A stretch of 56,426 nucleotides of DNA from an uncultured Clostridia bacterium. Lineage in GTDB: Bacteria > Bacillota > Clostridia > Oscillospirales > UBA644. Below, piece by piece: positions 1 to 11,422 of the stretch; position 1 is the stretch's first letter, and the number at the start of each line of letters is the position of its first letter. The notes under the pieces were generated by a model. It saw only the letters and a program-made list of their open reading frames with translations. It ran no database searches and had not been told where the DNA came from. The DNA lies in NCBI GenBank assembly GCA_944386295.1, contig CALXAO010000104.1:1-56426 (forward strand). The letters run 5' to 3'. The position numbers and the translations under genes were made by a program.

Positions 1-400
1 TTCCCTGCCGATCAATATAAACGTAATACACTCCTTCGGCGTAAACAGCCCGATCTTCCGAAAAACCATAAGTCTGCTCAAAGGTAAATGGAATGATAAC
101 TGCGCCGTTTTTGTCAATGTAGCCCCATTTTCCGTCTTTTTTCACGGCGGCTAGTCCTTCTCGGAAAGACCAAGCTCCGTCGTACTGTAGGTCCACGACA
201 AGAATTCCGTCTGAATTAATATAACCCCATTTCCCGTCTTTTTTTACGGCGGCCAACCCCTCGGAAAAGTCACGGACGCTGTCCCAGGTTCCCTTTAAAG
301 TGAAGACATATTGGTTGTTGACCGATGCGGGGCCGCAGCCGGTGGTTGAAAATAGGCACAGGCCACAGAAAAGTAGAGTTAAAATTACTTTGAGTTTCAT
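1..400 (-). CDS. Putative lipoprotein with KWG/WG-type repeats; 3' end runs off the window
   Basis: Reverse-strand translation from ATG at about 398-400 gives MKLKVILTLLFCGLCLFSTTGCG... (signal peptide plus lipobox LxxC). It continues with repeated ...KKDGKWGYI(N/D)..DG..V... units. No stop before the window edge. Not listed in the ORF track because it is open-ended. Confidence 0.5.
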   Translation of the reverse strand, partial: MKLKVILTLLFCGLCLFSTTGCGPASVNNQYVFTLKGTWDSVRDFSEGLAAVKKDGKWGYINSDGILVVDLQYDGAWSFREGLAAVKKDGKWGYIDKNGAVIIPFTFEQTYGFSEDRAVYAEGVYYVYIDRQG

Positions 401-442
401 TGATTTGGACATCCTTTCTTGGAACAGGGACAACACGGTGGA

Positions 443-1219
443 TTATGTAATGGAAATCTGCATCAGTCCTGCTGACTTTACCCGGTACATAGGAATTACC
501 TGGGGGCGATGCCGACGGAAAAGAAGGAAACAGCCGTAACCCAGCATTCCTCCTGTCACATTGAGAATCAGGTCATCGATATCGCTGACCCGGGGCTGGA
601 AAATTTGGCATAGTTCCACGGTTAAAGAAACAAGAAACGTGATTCCTACCGATTTTAAAAAACGGGGCCGCTGCCAGAGCAAGGCAGGGAAAAAGCCGAA
701 AGGCAGGAACAACAGAATATTTCCGAAAATGTTGACCAAAAGATATCCGTAATGACCATGCCGAAGATCTGACTGCCAGATGTTGCGAATGACCCGGAAC
801 GGAACCAAATTGTACGGTTCTACGCAGCTTCCCGTAATCTGAATTCCATTTTCAGTTAGGACTAGCTGAGGCAGAATGGTCTGAGAGGCTAGTCCCGCAC
901 AGAACATTAGAAACAGACAGAGACAGAGTTCGTGGCGTAGGGTAGTGTTCCGGCCCTGCCGTTTTAGTTGGCGAATCCGGAGCATGCGAAAAAAAAGAAT
1001 GGGCGGAAATGCTCCTATCATAAAAGGGAGCATGGATCGGACATAAGAAAAAATCAGTGACATAGTGCCTCGTATGTTATGTTTAAATGTGTGTTGGCAG
1101 AATATACTTATTATACCGCATTTGTATTGTAAAGTCAAGGGGAAAACCGTCGCAAACCTGCAAAAAAAGATGGACAAAACAAAAACAACTTCATTAAACA
1201 ACAGGTGGCTGGTGTTCAA
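443..1219 (-). CDS. VanZ-family membrane protein
   Basis: 258-aa polytopic membrane ORF with the VanZ-like motif LLVNIFGNILLFLPFGFF and several hydrophobic segments. Confidence 0.55.
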   Translation of the reverse strand: MNTSHLLFNEVVFVLSIFFCRFATVFPLTLQYKCGIISIFCQHTFKHNIRGTMSLIFSYVRSMLPFMIGAFPPILFFRMLRIRQLKRQGRNTTLRHELCLCLFLMFCAGLASQTILPQLVLTENGIQITGSCVEPYNLVPFRVIRNIWQSDLRHGHYGYLLVNIFGNILLFLPFGFFPALLWQRPRFLKSVGITFLVSLTVELCQIFQPRVSDIDDLILNVTGGMLGYGCFLLFRRHRPQVIPMYRVKSAGLMQISIT

Positions 1220-1591
1220 TTTACGATTGTATTTAATTATGACAACATGTTTTGGATTATTTTACGTTTTTCCAAAAGTATGTTGTCCCTTGTTGTCAAA
1301 CACTACTTCGAATTTTGTTTTTTATGGAAACGTCATTCAAAAGAGTAAGGAACAATTCTTTTTAACTTGTTTTTGTAGCAGTGCAATTCTTTTCCATGGA
1401 TTTTGGTTGTTATATTTAGTTTTTTAGTGCAGTAGAAAATTAGGACTTGTCCGTTTTATGGAAAGAAGGTATTAATGGCAGGTCTCTGCTTAAGAATCTC
1501 GACACATCCACTGTTTGTAACATATAATGGAACACAGACATTGTTGTTCTTTGGGCAATAGTTCTGTAGAATTAATTGAAAGGAAAAGTAA

Positions 1592-3688
<2,097 letters not shown>

Positions 3689-4354
3689 CATTTTTGAGGG
3701 AATGGTATAATATTTCAAAAGAAGATGTCAGAAATGCACGTATTCTTTTTGGGGAACAGTTTTACATACTATAATGGTATGCCGGAATAATTCCAGCACA
3801 TTTGTGCAGAAAACGAATAGATGTTTCGGTGGTTTTTTTGTACGGGGTGCATATTCTGTTTTATTATCTAGATGGAACGCATGCGCCTGTGGGAGCTGCG
3901 GCTCGGTAGATTGTGCCGGGGCTGGACTGGGTTGTTTTGCAGGAGCAGATTTTTTGCCTTGCAAAAATTTTGCGGCTTTCCGCACTTCAGTGAAACGACT
4001 GTCCTGTCTTGCGTCAGAAGCTGGTGCGGGAACGGTGTTGTATCAGACCTGGGCCTATCAGGATGGCACGCCGAAAATGAGCGGTACCGGATTACTTCAG
4101 TGCAATGCCAGGGTTGTACCGGTGGGAGATGTGTTTTTGCGGTTGGAGGCCGAGGCGCCCTCTTTTTTGCGACGACGGTTATTATTCGTTGTTGTTGGGA
4201 AGAGTGGCTGCTGCGGGTATGCTGTTCCAGACGATTGCGGGCTGCCAAAGAGTTTTATTGCCCGAGGGCATGCTTACCGGAGACGGAAAAAACACTTTTG
4301 TCCAGGTTTTGGGAGCGGAATGGCAAAATTAAATTGAACTTTGCACCATTTCTC

Positions 4355-4383
4355 TTGACGAAAGGAAAGAAGAATGCTATAAT
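4355..4383 (+). promoter_or_regulatory. Sigma-A-type promoter for nadA-nadB-nadC
   Basis: TTGACG, a 17-nt spacer, then TATAAT, about 80 nt upstream of the nadA start. Coordinates approximate. Confidence 0.5.
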
Positions 4384-4461
4384 AAAGTTCAAAGACAACA
4401 GGAGCGGGTGACAGGACAGACAGCTTGTTGCCTGCTTTTTTTAAAATTAGGGAGGAATTTT

Positions 4462-5370
4462 ATGGACTCGGTTGCGGTGGAAATCCGGCAGCTGAAACAG
4501 GAAAAAAATGCGGTGATTTTAGCACATTATTACGTGCCTGATCCGGTGCAGGCGGTTGCTGACGAAATAGGAGATTCTTTTTATCTTAGTCGGGCGGCAA
4601 CCCGGTCTCCGGCACAGACGATCGTGTTTGCCGGAGTTTCCTTTATGGGAGAGAGTGCAAAGATTCTCAATCCGGAAAAAACTGTGCTTCTTCCCGATCC
4701 TCAGGCAGACTGTCCCATGGCGCATATGGCGGAAGAGGCGGAAATCCTTCGGATGCGGGCGGAATATTCGGATCTTGCTGTGGTTTGTTATATTAATTCT
4801 ACTGCAAAGCTTAAGACTTTGTCCGATGTCTGCGTTACCTCGTCCAACGCAGTTAAAATTGTCCGGAAGCTTCCCAACCGGAATATTTTCTTTATTCCAG
4901 ACCGCAATTTAGGGAAATATGTATCTCAGCAAGTGCCGGAAAAGAATATTATTCTTAACAACGGCTGTTGTCCGGTCCATCAGCGTATGACGCCGGAGAT
5001 TGTAGTTCAGGCCCGTCAGGCCCGACCCAACGCGCTTTTTCTGGTGCATCCGGAGTGCAGAGAAGCGGTGGTTGGATTAGCCGATTTTGTAGGCAGTACG
5101 GCAGAAATTATTCAGTATGCCGAGGAAAGTCCAGCGGAGGAATTCTTGATCGGGACGGAAGATGGGGTTCTTTACGAACTACGCCGCCGCTGTCCCGAAA
5201 AACGGTTTTATCCCCTGTCTGACGGGCAGATTTGTGGGGATATGAAAAAAATCACACTGGAAAAGCTGCGAGACAGTCTAAAATACGGTACGGGTGAGGT
5301 TGAGGTCAGCGACAAGGTTTGTCGGGCGGCATGGAAACCTTTGAACCGCATGTTGGAGTTGGCAAAGTAA
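4462..5370 (+). CDS. nadA: Quinolinate synthase
   Basis: GGAGG RBS followed by MDSVAVEIRQLKQEKNAVILAHYY... Typical NadA length and the conserved HYY/Cys motifs. Confidence 0.9.
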   Translation: MDSVAVEIRQLKQEKNAVILAHYYVPDPVQAVADEIGDSFYLSRAATRSPAQTIVFAGVSFMGESAKILNPEKTVLLPDPQADCPMAHMAEEAEILRMRAEYSDLAVVCYINSTAKLKTLSDVCVTSSNAVKIVRKLPNRNIFFIPDRNLGKYVSQQVPEKNIILNNGCCPVHQRMTPEIVVQARQARPNALFLVHPECREAVVGLADFVGSTAEIIQYAEESPAEEFLIGTEDGVLYELRRRCPEKRFYPLSDGQICGDMKKITLEKLRDSLKYGTGEVEVSDKVCRAAWKPLNRMLELAK

Positions 5371-5383
5371 GGGAGACGGCAAG

Positions 5384-6691
5384 TTGAAAAAGCAGAAAAC
5401 CGATATTGTAATTGTCGGAACAGGCGCTAGCGGCCTGTATGCGGCGCTAAATTTACCGCGGGACCGGGAAATTCTGATGATTACAAAGGATACGGTGGAA
5501 AACAGTGATTCTTTTTTGGCCCAGGGTGGAATTTGTGTTTTGCGGGATCCGGACGACTATGACAGTTTTATGGAAGATACTCTGCGGGCTGGACATTATG
5601 AAAACAATCGGGCTGCCGTAGATGTGATGATCCGTTTTTCACGATCTACGATTGAAGACTTGATTTCTTATGGCGTGGATTTTACCCGTGACGGAACCGG
5701 TAATTTGGCCTATACCCGGGAGGGGGCGCATTCTAAGCCTCGGATTTTGTATCATGCCGATATTACCGGGCGGGAAATTACCAGCAAGCTGTTGGCCCAG
5801 GTCCGACAGCTGCCGAATGTTACAATTCGGGAGCAGGTAACTATGTTGGATATTTTAGAGCAGGAGAACAGTTGCTTCGGTATCCTGGTTCGGGAAAGTG
5901 ACGGAACGCTGGCTACGATTGTTGCCGACGAAACCGTCTGGGCCTGTGGTGGCGTCGGAGGGTTATATGTTCATTCCACCAACTTCCCTCATTTGACCGG
6001 GGACGCGCTGGCCATTTCCCTGCTCCACGGAATTACATTGGAACATATAAACTATGTACAGATTCATCCTACGACTTTATATTCCAAAACCCCTGGTCGA
6101 AGGTTTCTGATTTCCGAATCTGTCCGCGGAGAAGGGGCGCGGCTGTACAATGCTGCCGGCGAACGGTTTACCGACGAGGTTCTTCCCCGGGATCTGTTAA
6201 CGCAGGAAGTGCGCAAGCAGATGAAAAAGGACGGTAAGCCCTATGTGTGGCTGGACATGTCTCCTTTGGGCAGAGAGACAATTTTGTCTCATTTTCCTAA
6301 TATTTATCAACATTGTCTGTCGGAAGGATATGACGTAACCCGAGACTGGATTCCTGTTGTTCCGGCACAGCATTATTTTATGGGTGGTGTCAAGGTGGAT
6401 TTGCAAAGCCGGACTTCGATGAATCATCTTTATGCCATCGGAGAAACCAGCTGCAACGGAGTCCATGGCGCCAATCGGCTGGCCAGCAATTCTTTGTTGG
6501 AAAGTTTGATTTTTGCCAAACGCGCTGCAGAGGATATATCTACTCACCGTTCGGAAACAGATGTGTCGGACCTTGGAAATAAGCTGGCGGATCAGTTGGA
6601 TTTGTCAACTTACGAAGATCTGTCGCAGCTGCAAGCCCAATATAAAACCATGATTCTGGATGAAATGGAAAGGGAACGGAAGGAAAAATGA
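5384..6691 (+). CDS. nadB: L-aspartate oxidase
   Basis: TTG start. N-terminal FAD-binding fold DIVIVGTGASGLYAAL. The succinate dehydrogenase/fumarate reductase flavoprotein-like body ends in GANRLASNSLLE. Confidence 0.9.
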   Translation: MKKQKTDIVIVGTGASGLYAALNLPRDREILMITKDTVENSDSFLAQGGICVLRDPDDYDSFMEDTLRAGHYENNRAAVDVMIRFSRSTIEDLISYGVDFTRDGTGNLAYTREGAHSKPRILYHADITGREITSKLLAQVRQLPNVTIREQVTMLDILEQENSCFGILVRESDGTLATIVADETVWACGGVGGLYVHSTNFPHLTGDALAISLLHGITLEHINYVQIHPTTLYSKTPGRRFLISESVRGEGARLYNAAGERFTDEVLPRDLLTQEVRKQMKKDGKPYVWLDMSPLGRETILSHFPNIYQHCLSEGYDVTRDWIPVVPAQHYFMGGVKVDLQSRTSMNHLYAIGETSCNGVHGANRLASNSLLESLIFAKRAAEDISTHRSETDVSDLGNKLADQLDLSTYEDLSQLQAQYKTMILDEMERERKEK

Positions 6692-7539
6692 ACCGAATTA
6701 CCATGAAATTGAATGTAGACCCCTTGATTTTGCAGGCTCTGGCGGAGGACGTAACCAGTGAGGATATTTCCACCAATGCTGTCATGCCCGAGGCACGGCA
6801 GGGGCAGGTGGACTTAATTTGCAAGCAGGACGGGGTAATTGCCGGGTTAGAGGTGTTTCGCCGGGTATTTTTTCTGCTGGATCCGGATACAAAGGTAAAA
6901 TTTGAGGCCGCAGATGGCGATCGGGTTTTGGCCGGTCAGAAACTGGCTGTGTTGACTGGGGATATCCGGGTTCTTTTGTCCGGAGAGCGGGTGGCTCTGA
7001 ATTATTTGCAGCGGATGAGCGGAATTGCTACCTATACTCGGACGGTAGCCGACCTTCTGGAAGGCAGCGGTGTGAAATTGCTGGACACCCGCAAAACGAC
7101 GCCAAATATGCGGATTTTTGAAAAATATGCCGTGCGGGTAGGCGGTGGCTGCAACCATCGGTACAATCTGTCGGACGGAATTCTGCTGAAGGACAATCAT
7201 ATTGGTGCTGCGGGAAGTGTTCGGCGGGCTGTGGAATTGGCTCGGGAATACGCTCCTTTTGTTCGAAAAATTGAAGTAGAAGTGGAAACGCTGGATATGG
7301 TCCGGGAAGCGGTCGAAGCCGGTGCTGATATTATTATGCTGGACAATATGTCACCTGAAACTATGAAGCAGGCGGTAGCATTGATTGCTGGTAGGGCTGA
7401 AACCGAATGTTCTGGCAATGTGACCCGGGAGAACATTGCCCGTTTGGTTGATATTGGTGTGAACTATATTTCCAGTGGTGCATTGACTCATTCGGCTCCT
7501 ATTTTGGATATTTCTATGAAACATTTGCATGCAATTTAA
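6688..7539 (+). CDS. nadC: Nicotinate-nucleotide pyrophosphorylase (carboxylating)
   Basis: ATGA overlap with the nadB stop. QPRTase family features (LLDT, ILLKDNH, IMLDNM). Confidence 0.9.
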   Translation: MNRITMKLNVDPLILQALAEDVTSEDISTNAVMPEARQGQVDLICKQDGVIAGLEVFRRVFFLLDPDTKVKFEAADGDRVLAGQKLAVLTGDIRVLLSGERVALNYLQRMSGIATYTRTVADLLEGSGVKLLDTRKTTPNMRIFEKYAVRVGGGCNHRYNLSDGILLKDNHIGAAGSVRRAVELAREYAPFVRKIEVEVETLDMVREAVEAGADIIMLDNMSPETMKQAVALIAGRAETECSGNVTRENIARLVDIGVNYISSGALTHSAPILDISMKHLHAI

Positions 7540-7583
7540 AAAAGGGCATGATAACTCTATATGAGAAAGGTGGCATAATATCT

Positions 7584-7892
7584 GTGTCTGTTGTGAAAAT
7601 CACGAAGGATAATTTTGTGCAGGAGGTTCTGCAAGCGGACATTCCGGTGTTGATTGATTTTTGGGCTTCTTGGTGTAATCCCTGCCGGGTATTTTCTCCT
7701 GTAGTGGATGAAATTGCAGAAGAGATTCCTGGTGTGAAGGTCGGTAAGGTGAACGTAGATGAGGAACCGGAATTGGCCCGGGAATTTGACGTTATGAGTA
7801 TTCCAATGCTGGTTCTTTTTCGGGATGGTCAGGTCGTTGGTACCTCTGTCGGTGTTCAATCCAAAGAAGATATTGTGCAGATGCTAAAATAA
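7584..7892 (+). CDS. trxA: Thioredoxin with atypical WCNPC active site
   Basis: Thioredoxin fold (VLIDFWASWCNPCRV...VNVDE...IPML). The GTG at 7584 is 10 nt after GAGAAAGGTGG. The track ORF begins at 7548, so the start is uncertain. Confidence 0.8.
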   Translation: MSVVKITKDNFVQEVLQADIPVLIDFWASWCNPCRVFSPVVDEIAEEIPGVKVGKVNVDEEPELAREFDVMSIPMLVLFRDGQVVGTSVGVQSKEDIVQMLK

Positions 7893-7899
7893 ATCATAA

Positions 7900-7926
7900 C
7901 TCCGGCGGTTAGCCGGAGTCATTTTT
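7900..7926 (+). terminator. Intrinsic terminator after trx
   Basis: Hairpin ctccggc-ggtta-gccggag followed by tcattttt. Confidence 0.6.
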
Positions 7927-7939
7927 GAGGAAATATGTT

Positions 7940-8728
7940 TTGAAGATTACTGATAAAAATATTGATGGAGGAAAGCCGTTTGATTGGGGAAGAACGGCGC
8001 TGGATTACGCAAAATTTCGTGATATTTATCCTGAGGAATTTTATAAAAAAATTCTGTGCAGAAATTTATGTGTGAAAGGACAGACAGCTCTTGATGTTGG
8101 AACTGGGACTGGTGTTCTTCCGAGAAATATGTGTCAATATGGAGCTGCGTGGACAGCTGTGGATCGCTCTGAAGAGCAAATTGAACAGGCGAGATTTCTT
8201 TCCAAGGATATGCCAATAGACTATTACGCTGTTTCTGTGGAAAATATGGAGTTTGAGGCGCACTCTTTTGATGTGATTACAGCCTGTCAATGCTTTTGGT
8301 ATTTTGATCACGAAAAGGTAATGCTGAAGTTTTCTCACATACTGAAATCTGGAGGAAGCCTTTTGCTTTTATATATGGCGTGGCTGCCGTATGAGGATAA
8401 AATTGCCGGTGCAAGTGAATCTCTTGTGTTAAAATACAGTCCGGAATGGAGCGGTGCAGGAGAAACAATGCATTCAATTTTTGTTCCCGATTGTTATAAC
8501 GAACAGTTTGATTTGGTTTTTCAGGAAGAATATCCTATAAGAGTCCCTTTTACCCGTGAGCTTTGGAATGGAAGGATAAAGACCTGCAGAGGTATTGGAG
8601 CGTCTTTGACGGAAAAAGAAGTTGAAGCATGGGAACAGGAACATTTGAAACTGCTTCGTGAAATTGCTCCCGATAAATTTGAAATATTGCATTATGGTGC
8701 AATTGCAGAACTGAAGAAAAAAACTTAA
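7940..8728 (+). CDS. Class I SAM-dependent methyltransferase
   Basis: SAM-binding motif LDVGTGTGVL plus the acidic D after a beta-strand (AVDRSEEQI). TTG start after GAGGA. The track ORF starts at 7925. Confidence 0.7.
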   Translation: MKITDKNIDGGKPFDWGRTALDYAKFRDIYPEEFYKKILCRNLCVKGQTALDVGTGTGVLPRNMCQYGAAWTAVDRSEEQIEQARFLSKDMPIDYYAVSVENMEFEAHSFDVITACQCFWYFDHEKVMLKFSHILKSGGSLLLLYMAWLPYEDKIAGASESLVLKYSPEWSGAGETMHSIFVPDCYNEQFDLVFQEEYPIRVPFTRELWNGRIKTCRGIGASLTEKEVEAWEQEHLKLLREIAPDKFEILHYGAIAELKKKT

Positions 8729-8766
8729 AAAACAGGGAACCCATTTGAGCGGTTCCCTGTTTTTTA
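8726..8766. terminator. Bidirectional intrinsic terminator between the methyltransferase (+) and surface-protein (-) genes
   Basis: Perfect 10-bp stem acagggaacc/ggttccctgt, flanked by an A-run on one side and a T-run on the other. Confidence 0.7.
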
Positions 8767-8780
8767 AGTATAAATTCAGA

Positions 8781-10556
8781 TTAGTTCGCTTTTTTCTTCC
8801 CGTAAATGGCCAGACCGGTTACAGCAGCCGAGCAGGCCAGCATAAGAACTACACAGACTGTCAGAAGGCTGTCAGCGGTTTCGGGATTTTCCTTCGCGCC
8901 GCAGACGGTACAAACGCCATCCTTGTAGGTATGGGCAGTCTTTTCAATGGCTTTGCCAGCTTCCAAAGTTACGCCACAGTCTTTACAGACCTTATCGCCG
9001 GTGTATCCTTCAGCAGTGCAGGTGGCGTCTTTGGCATTTTTGATTTCCGTTTCCCCCGTGTGGTTTTGGGGATCCAGTTCCCCGTAGGATTTTCCGCAAA
9101 CGGTGCAGACCGCTTTATCCTTACAGGTAGCTGTTCCACCGGTATGTTCGGTATGAGTGTCAATAAAACCGTTTTCTTTCTTTTCAAAGACCAGATTTTC
9201 CGATTTGCTTTCCAGAACCGGATCTTTGCCTTCCGCATCGCTCTTGTCAATTTTAGCTACCCGTTTGTCAGCCGCATCGCTATTATCGGTAAAGGTTAAA
9301 TTCGACTCTTCTTCGAATGTTAAATAAGCCTCTCCACTCTTGTTGTCCAGATTGATACCATACCAGGATTTGTTCCCGGTAATGATTTCCAGGGTTCCGG
9401 TTACGGAAATGCTAGAGCCGTTGTTGATTAGAGGTGCGCCGTCGGAGGCGTTTTCATGGTTTAGGGTGACATTGTTCAGTGTCAGGTTGGTTGCTCCGTA
9501 AACGTCCAAAGTATGTTTGGTTTTGTCTGTACCAACCAGCTTAACATTGTCCAGAGTAACATTTTCAGCCGATTCTACCTTTACCAGCTGAATCTGACCT
9601 TCAATGTTCATTTTGAAATCTTCGGCGGCCGTAATGGTGTGGCCGTTGCCTTTGATGGTAACGTTGTCTACACCTTTGATATACAGCTCTTCGCTGAGTT
9701 CAATATCCTCGGTCAGTTCGATGGTAGTGCCGGGTTTCAGGCCATCAATAACCTGCTTGACAAGTTCAATGTCTCCGTCTACTTTGATCGTAAGCCCGTC
9801 AAGCGTTACTTTGTCGCCGGAAATGCCGGGCTTCCATGCATAGTTTCCATCCTGATTGTAACCGGAATAAGCATTGTCAGCAAAATCTATGACAATATTT
9901 TTCGCGGTCACAGTGCCGGTTGTAACAGCTCTTGCGCTGATCCAGGAAGAAAGTGTTACGTCTTCCAAAAGAGTTTCTCCTGCGTCTTTTGCAATAAAAT
10001 AAATAGAACCGCTGCCAAGCTTGTTGTCATTATCCTTTAAAGGCAGATTGTTGACTTTCTTCAAAGTCAGGTCTTTGCCGTCATCGGCCAGGAGCAGAAC
10101 TTTGTTGCATAAGCCGTCGTAGGCGCTGTTAGGATTGCCCTTCAGGTTGACATTTTCAATGGTAACATTTTGGCCGGACACGGTAACGAAGTTTTGCTTT
10201 ACTTCGATGCCCGAATTCGGATCGTACGAACTGGTAATGGTGACGTCCCCATTGCCTATAATTTTCAAATTGTTTGCAAAGATGGGAAATACAAAACCGT
10301 TGGAATACGTGGTTCCGTTGATGGCAATGTTCGCTTCCACATCAATGCATTTGTCGGCAATATCATAGGTTCCTGCCGCCAAATTCCAGGTTTCACCATC
10401 TTTTTGATTTTTGATGGCGTCCACGAGTTGGTCTACTGTCGAAATTTCTTTTACGGTGCCGGTGGTTTCAGCAAACAGGCCAATTGGCGAAAGGCTCATG
10501 ATCAACATTACCGCAAAGAAAACAGTAGGCTCTTTCCAACTGTTTTTTGTTTTCAT
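8781..10556 (-). CDS. Secreted beta-helix (pectin-lyase-fold-like) surface protein with Cys-rich repeats and a C-terminal membrane anchor
   Basis: Start at MKTKNSWKEPTVFFAVMLIMSLSPIGLFA (signal peptide; AGAGG RBS). The protein is rich in N, G and T, with NVTL/NLTL turn-like periodicity. Three HTG..ATC..G...C..CG repeats sit near the C-terminus, then a hydrophobic tail LTVCVVLMLACSAAVTGLAIYGKKKAN. Confidence 0.6.
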   Translation of the reverse strand: MKTKNSWKEPTVFFAVMLIMSLSPIGLFAETTGTVKEISTVDQLVDAIKNQKDGETWNLAAGTYDIADKCIDVEANIAINGTTYSNGFVFPIFANNLKIIGNGDVTITSSYDPNSGIEVKQNFVTVSGQNVTIENVNLKGNPNSAYDGLCNKVLLLADDGKDLTLKKVNNLPLKDNDNKLGSGSIYFIAKDAGETLLEDVTLSSWISARAVTTGTVTAKNIVIDFADNAYSGYNQDGNYAWKPGISGDKVTLDGLTIKVDGDIELVKQVIDGLKPGTTIELTEDIELSEELYIKGVDNVTIKGNGHTITAAEDFKMNIEGQIQLVKVESAENVTLDNVKLVGTDKTKHTLDVYGATNLTLNNVTLNHENASDGAPLINNGSSISVTGTLEIITGNKSWYGINLDNKSGEAYLTFEEESNLTFTDNSDAADKRVAKIDKSDAEGKDPVLESKSENLVFEKKENGFIDTHTEHTGGTATCKDKAVCTVCGKSYGELDPQNHTGETEIKNAKDATCTAEGYTGDKVCKDCGVTLEAGKAIEKTAHTYKDGVCTVCGAKENPETADSLLTVCVVLMLACSAAVTGLAIYGKKKAN

Positions 10557-10783
10557 TGTTAATGTGACCTCTTTGTTTTTACTCCGAAAAAAAAACACTT
10601 TTTTCTTTCGGAATTCGGAAATATTTATTCCTTTTGGAACATGTTCATTATACCACAAATACGAATTATTGGCAATAGGGAAATGTGCCCATTTTTGAAA
10701 TTTTTTCTTGACTTTTATTTGAATTGTTTCATATAATAAAAAGTATGGTTTTTCGAAAAAATGTAAATATTTTGTAAATGCTA

Positions 10784-10812
10784 TTGACAATCATTTGATT
10801 GTGTGATATAAT
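10784..10812 (+). promoter_or_regulatory. Sigma-A-type promoter for the MerR-like/NfeD/flotillin operon
   Basis: TTGACA, a 17-nt spacer, then TATAAT, about 25 nt before the 10837 start. A second TTGACT-18-TATAAT lies about 60 nt further upstream. Confidence 0.55.
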
Positions 10813-10836
10813 CATAATACCATATTTCAGGGAGTT

Positions 10837-11418
10837 GTGATTGTATTGATTAAACAATTGCCGGGAACTACGGTGGAATTGGGAATTCGGCAGGTACAGG
10901 CAGCTGGTGAGTTTCTGGACAATATTTTTGCCTGCGGAGGTCTGATGCTTTCCCAGGTATCGAGTTTGACCGGGCTGGAACCTTATGTGATTCAGAATTG
11001 GGTCAAACGGGGATTTCTGGCTCCGGCAAAGAAAAAATTGTATACGAAGCGACAATTTTGTCGGATTCTGCTGATTAATATGCTGCGGGAAAGTCTGCAG
11101 ATTGAAAAAATTGTAGGACTGCTTTCCTATATTAATGGTCACTTGGATGATGAGTCGGACGACCAAATCGATGATACCGTCCTGTATTTATACTGCGTGA
11201 CGGTTCTTTTAGCGCTGGCCGATTCCGGAGGACCGTCGGAAGGATTCCGTGACATTATAGAACAGACGGTTGCCGATTATGCGGAACCGTTTCCCGGCGG
11301 TCGGAGGCGGTTGGTAGACGTTCTTGAAGTGATGGCGTTTGCCTACTGTTCCGCCCAGTACCGAAAATGGGCAGAAAGATGTCTGCGTTCGTTGGATCAT
11401 ATTTCAAAGGAGGAATAA
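10837..11418 (+). CDS. MerR-like HTH domain protein (DUF1836-like)
   Basis: LSQVSSLTGLEPYVIQNWVKRGFL resembles a MerR-type HTH/wing. It is followed by an acidic region. First gene of the operon with NfeD and flotillin. Confidence 0.5.
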   Translation: MIVLIKQLPGTTVELGIRQVQAAGEFLDNIFACGGLMLSQVSSLTGLEPYVIQNWVKRGFLAPAKKKLYTKRQFCRILLINMLRESLQIEKIVGLLSYINGHLDDESDDQIDDTVLYLYCVTVLLALADSGGPSEGFRDIIEQTVADYAEPFPGGRRRLVDVLEVMAFAYCSAQYRKWAERCLRSLDHISKEE

Positions 11419-11422
11419 TATA

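Noticed and set aside
300-539. 79-aa plus-strand ORF at the window start.
   Set aside because: It lies antisense to the better-supported lipoprotein gene (1-400, minus) and the VanZ gene. It is Arg/Lys-rich junk without an RBS.
4384-4461. Possible leader attenuator (T7 run after ...cttgttgcctgc) in front of nadA.
   Set aside because: I could not find a convincing complementary 5' arm for a stable stem (best pairing 4-5 bp). The T-run alone is insufficient.
8745-10040. Plus-strand ORFs of 184, 175 and 79 aa antisense to the large surface-protein gene. Similar ORFs occur antisense to the second surface protein (32932-34347 +, 471 aa).
   Set aside because: Their translations are Cys/Gly/Phe-rich and low-complexity. 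They arise from the biased G/N/T codon usage of the sense genes, and they have no RBS.
11339-11422. The track's NfeD ORF starts at 11339 and overlaps the end of the MerR-like gene.
   Set aside because: A GGAGG RBS precedes the internal ATG at 11423, which begins the hydrophobic N-terminus. The upstream part has no RBS and overlaps the preceding gene in another frame.
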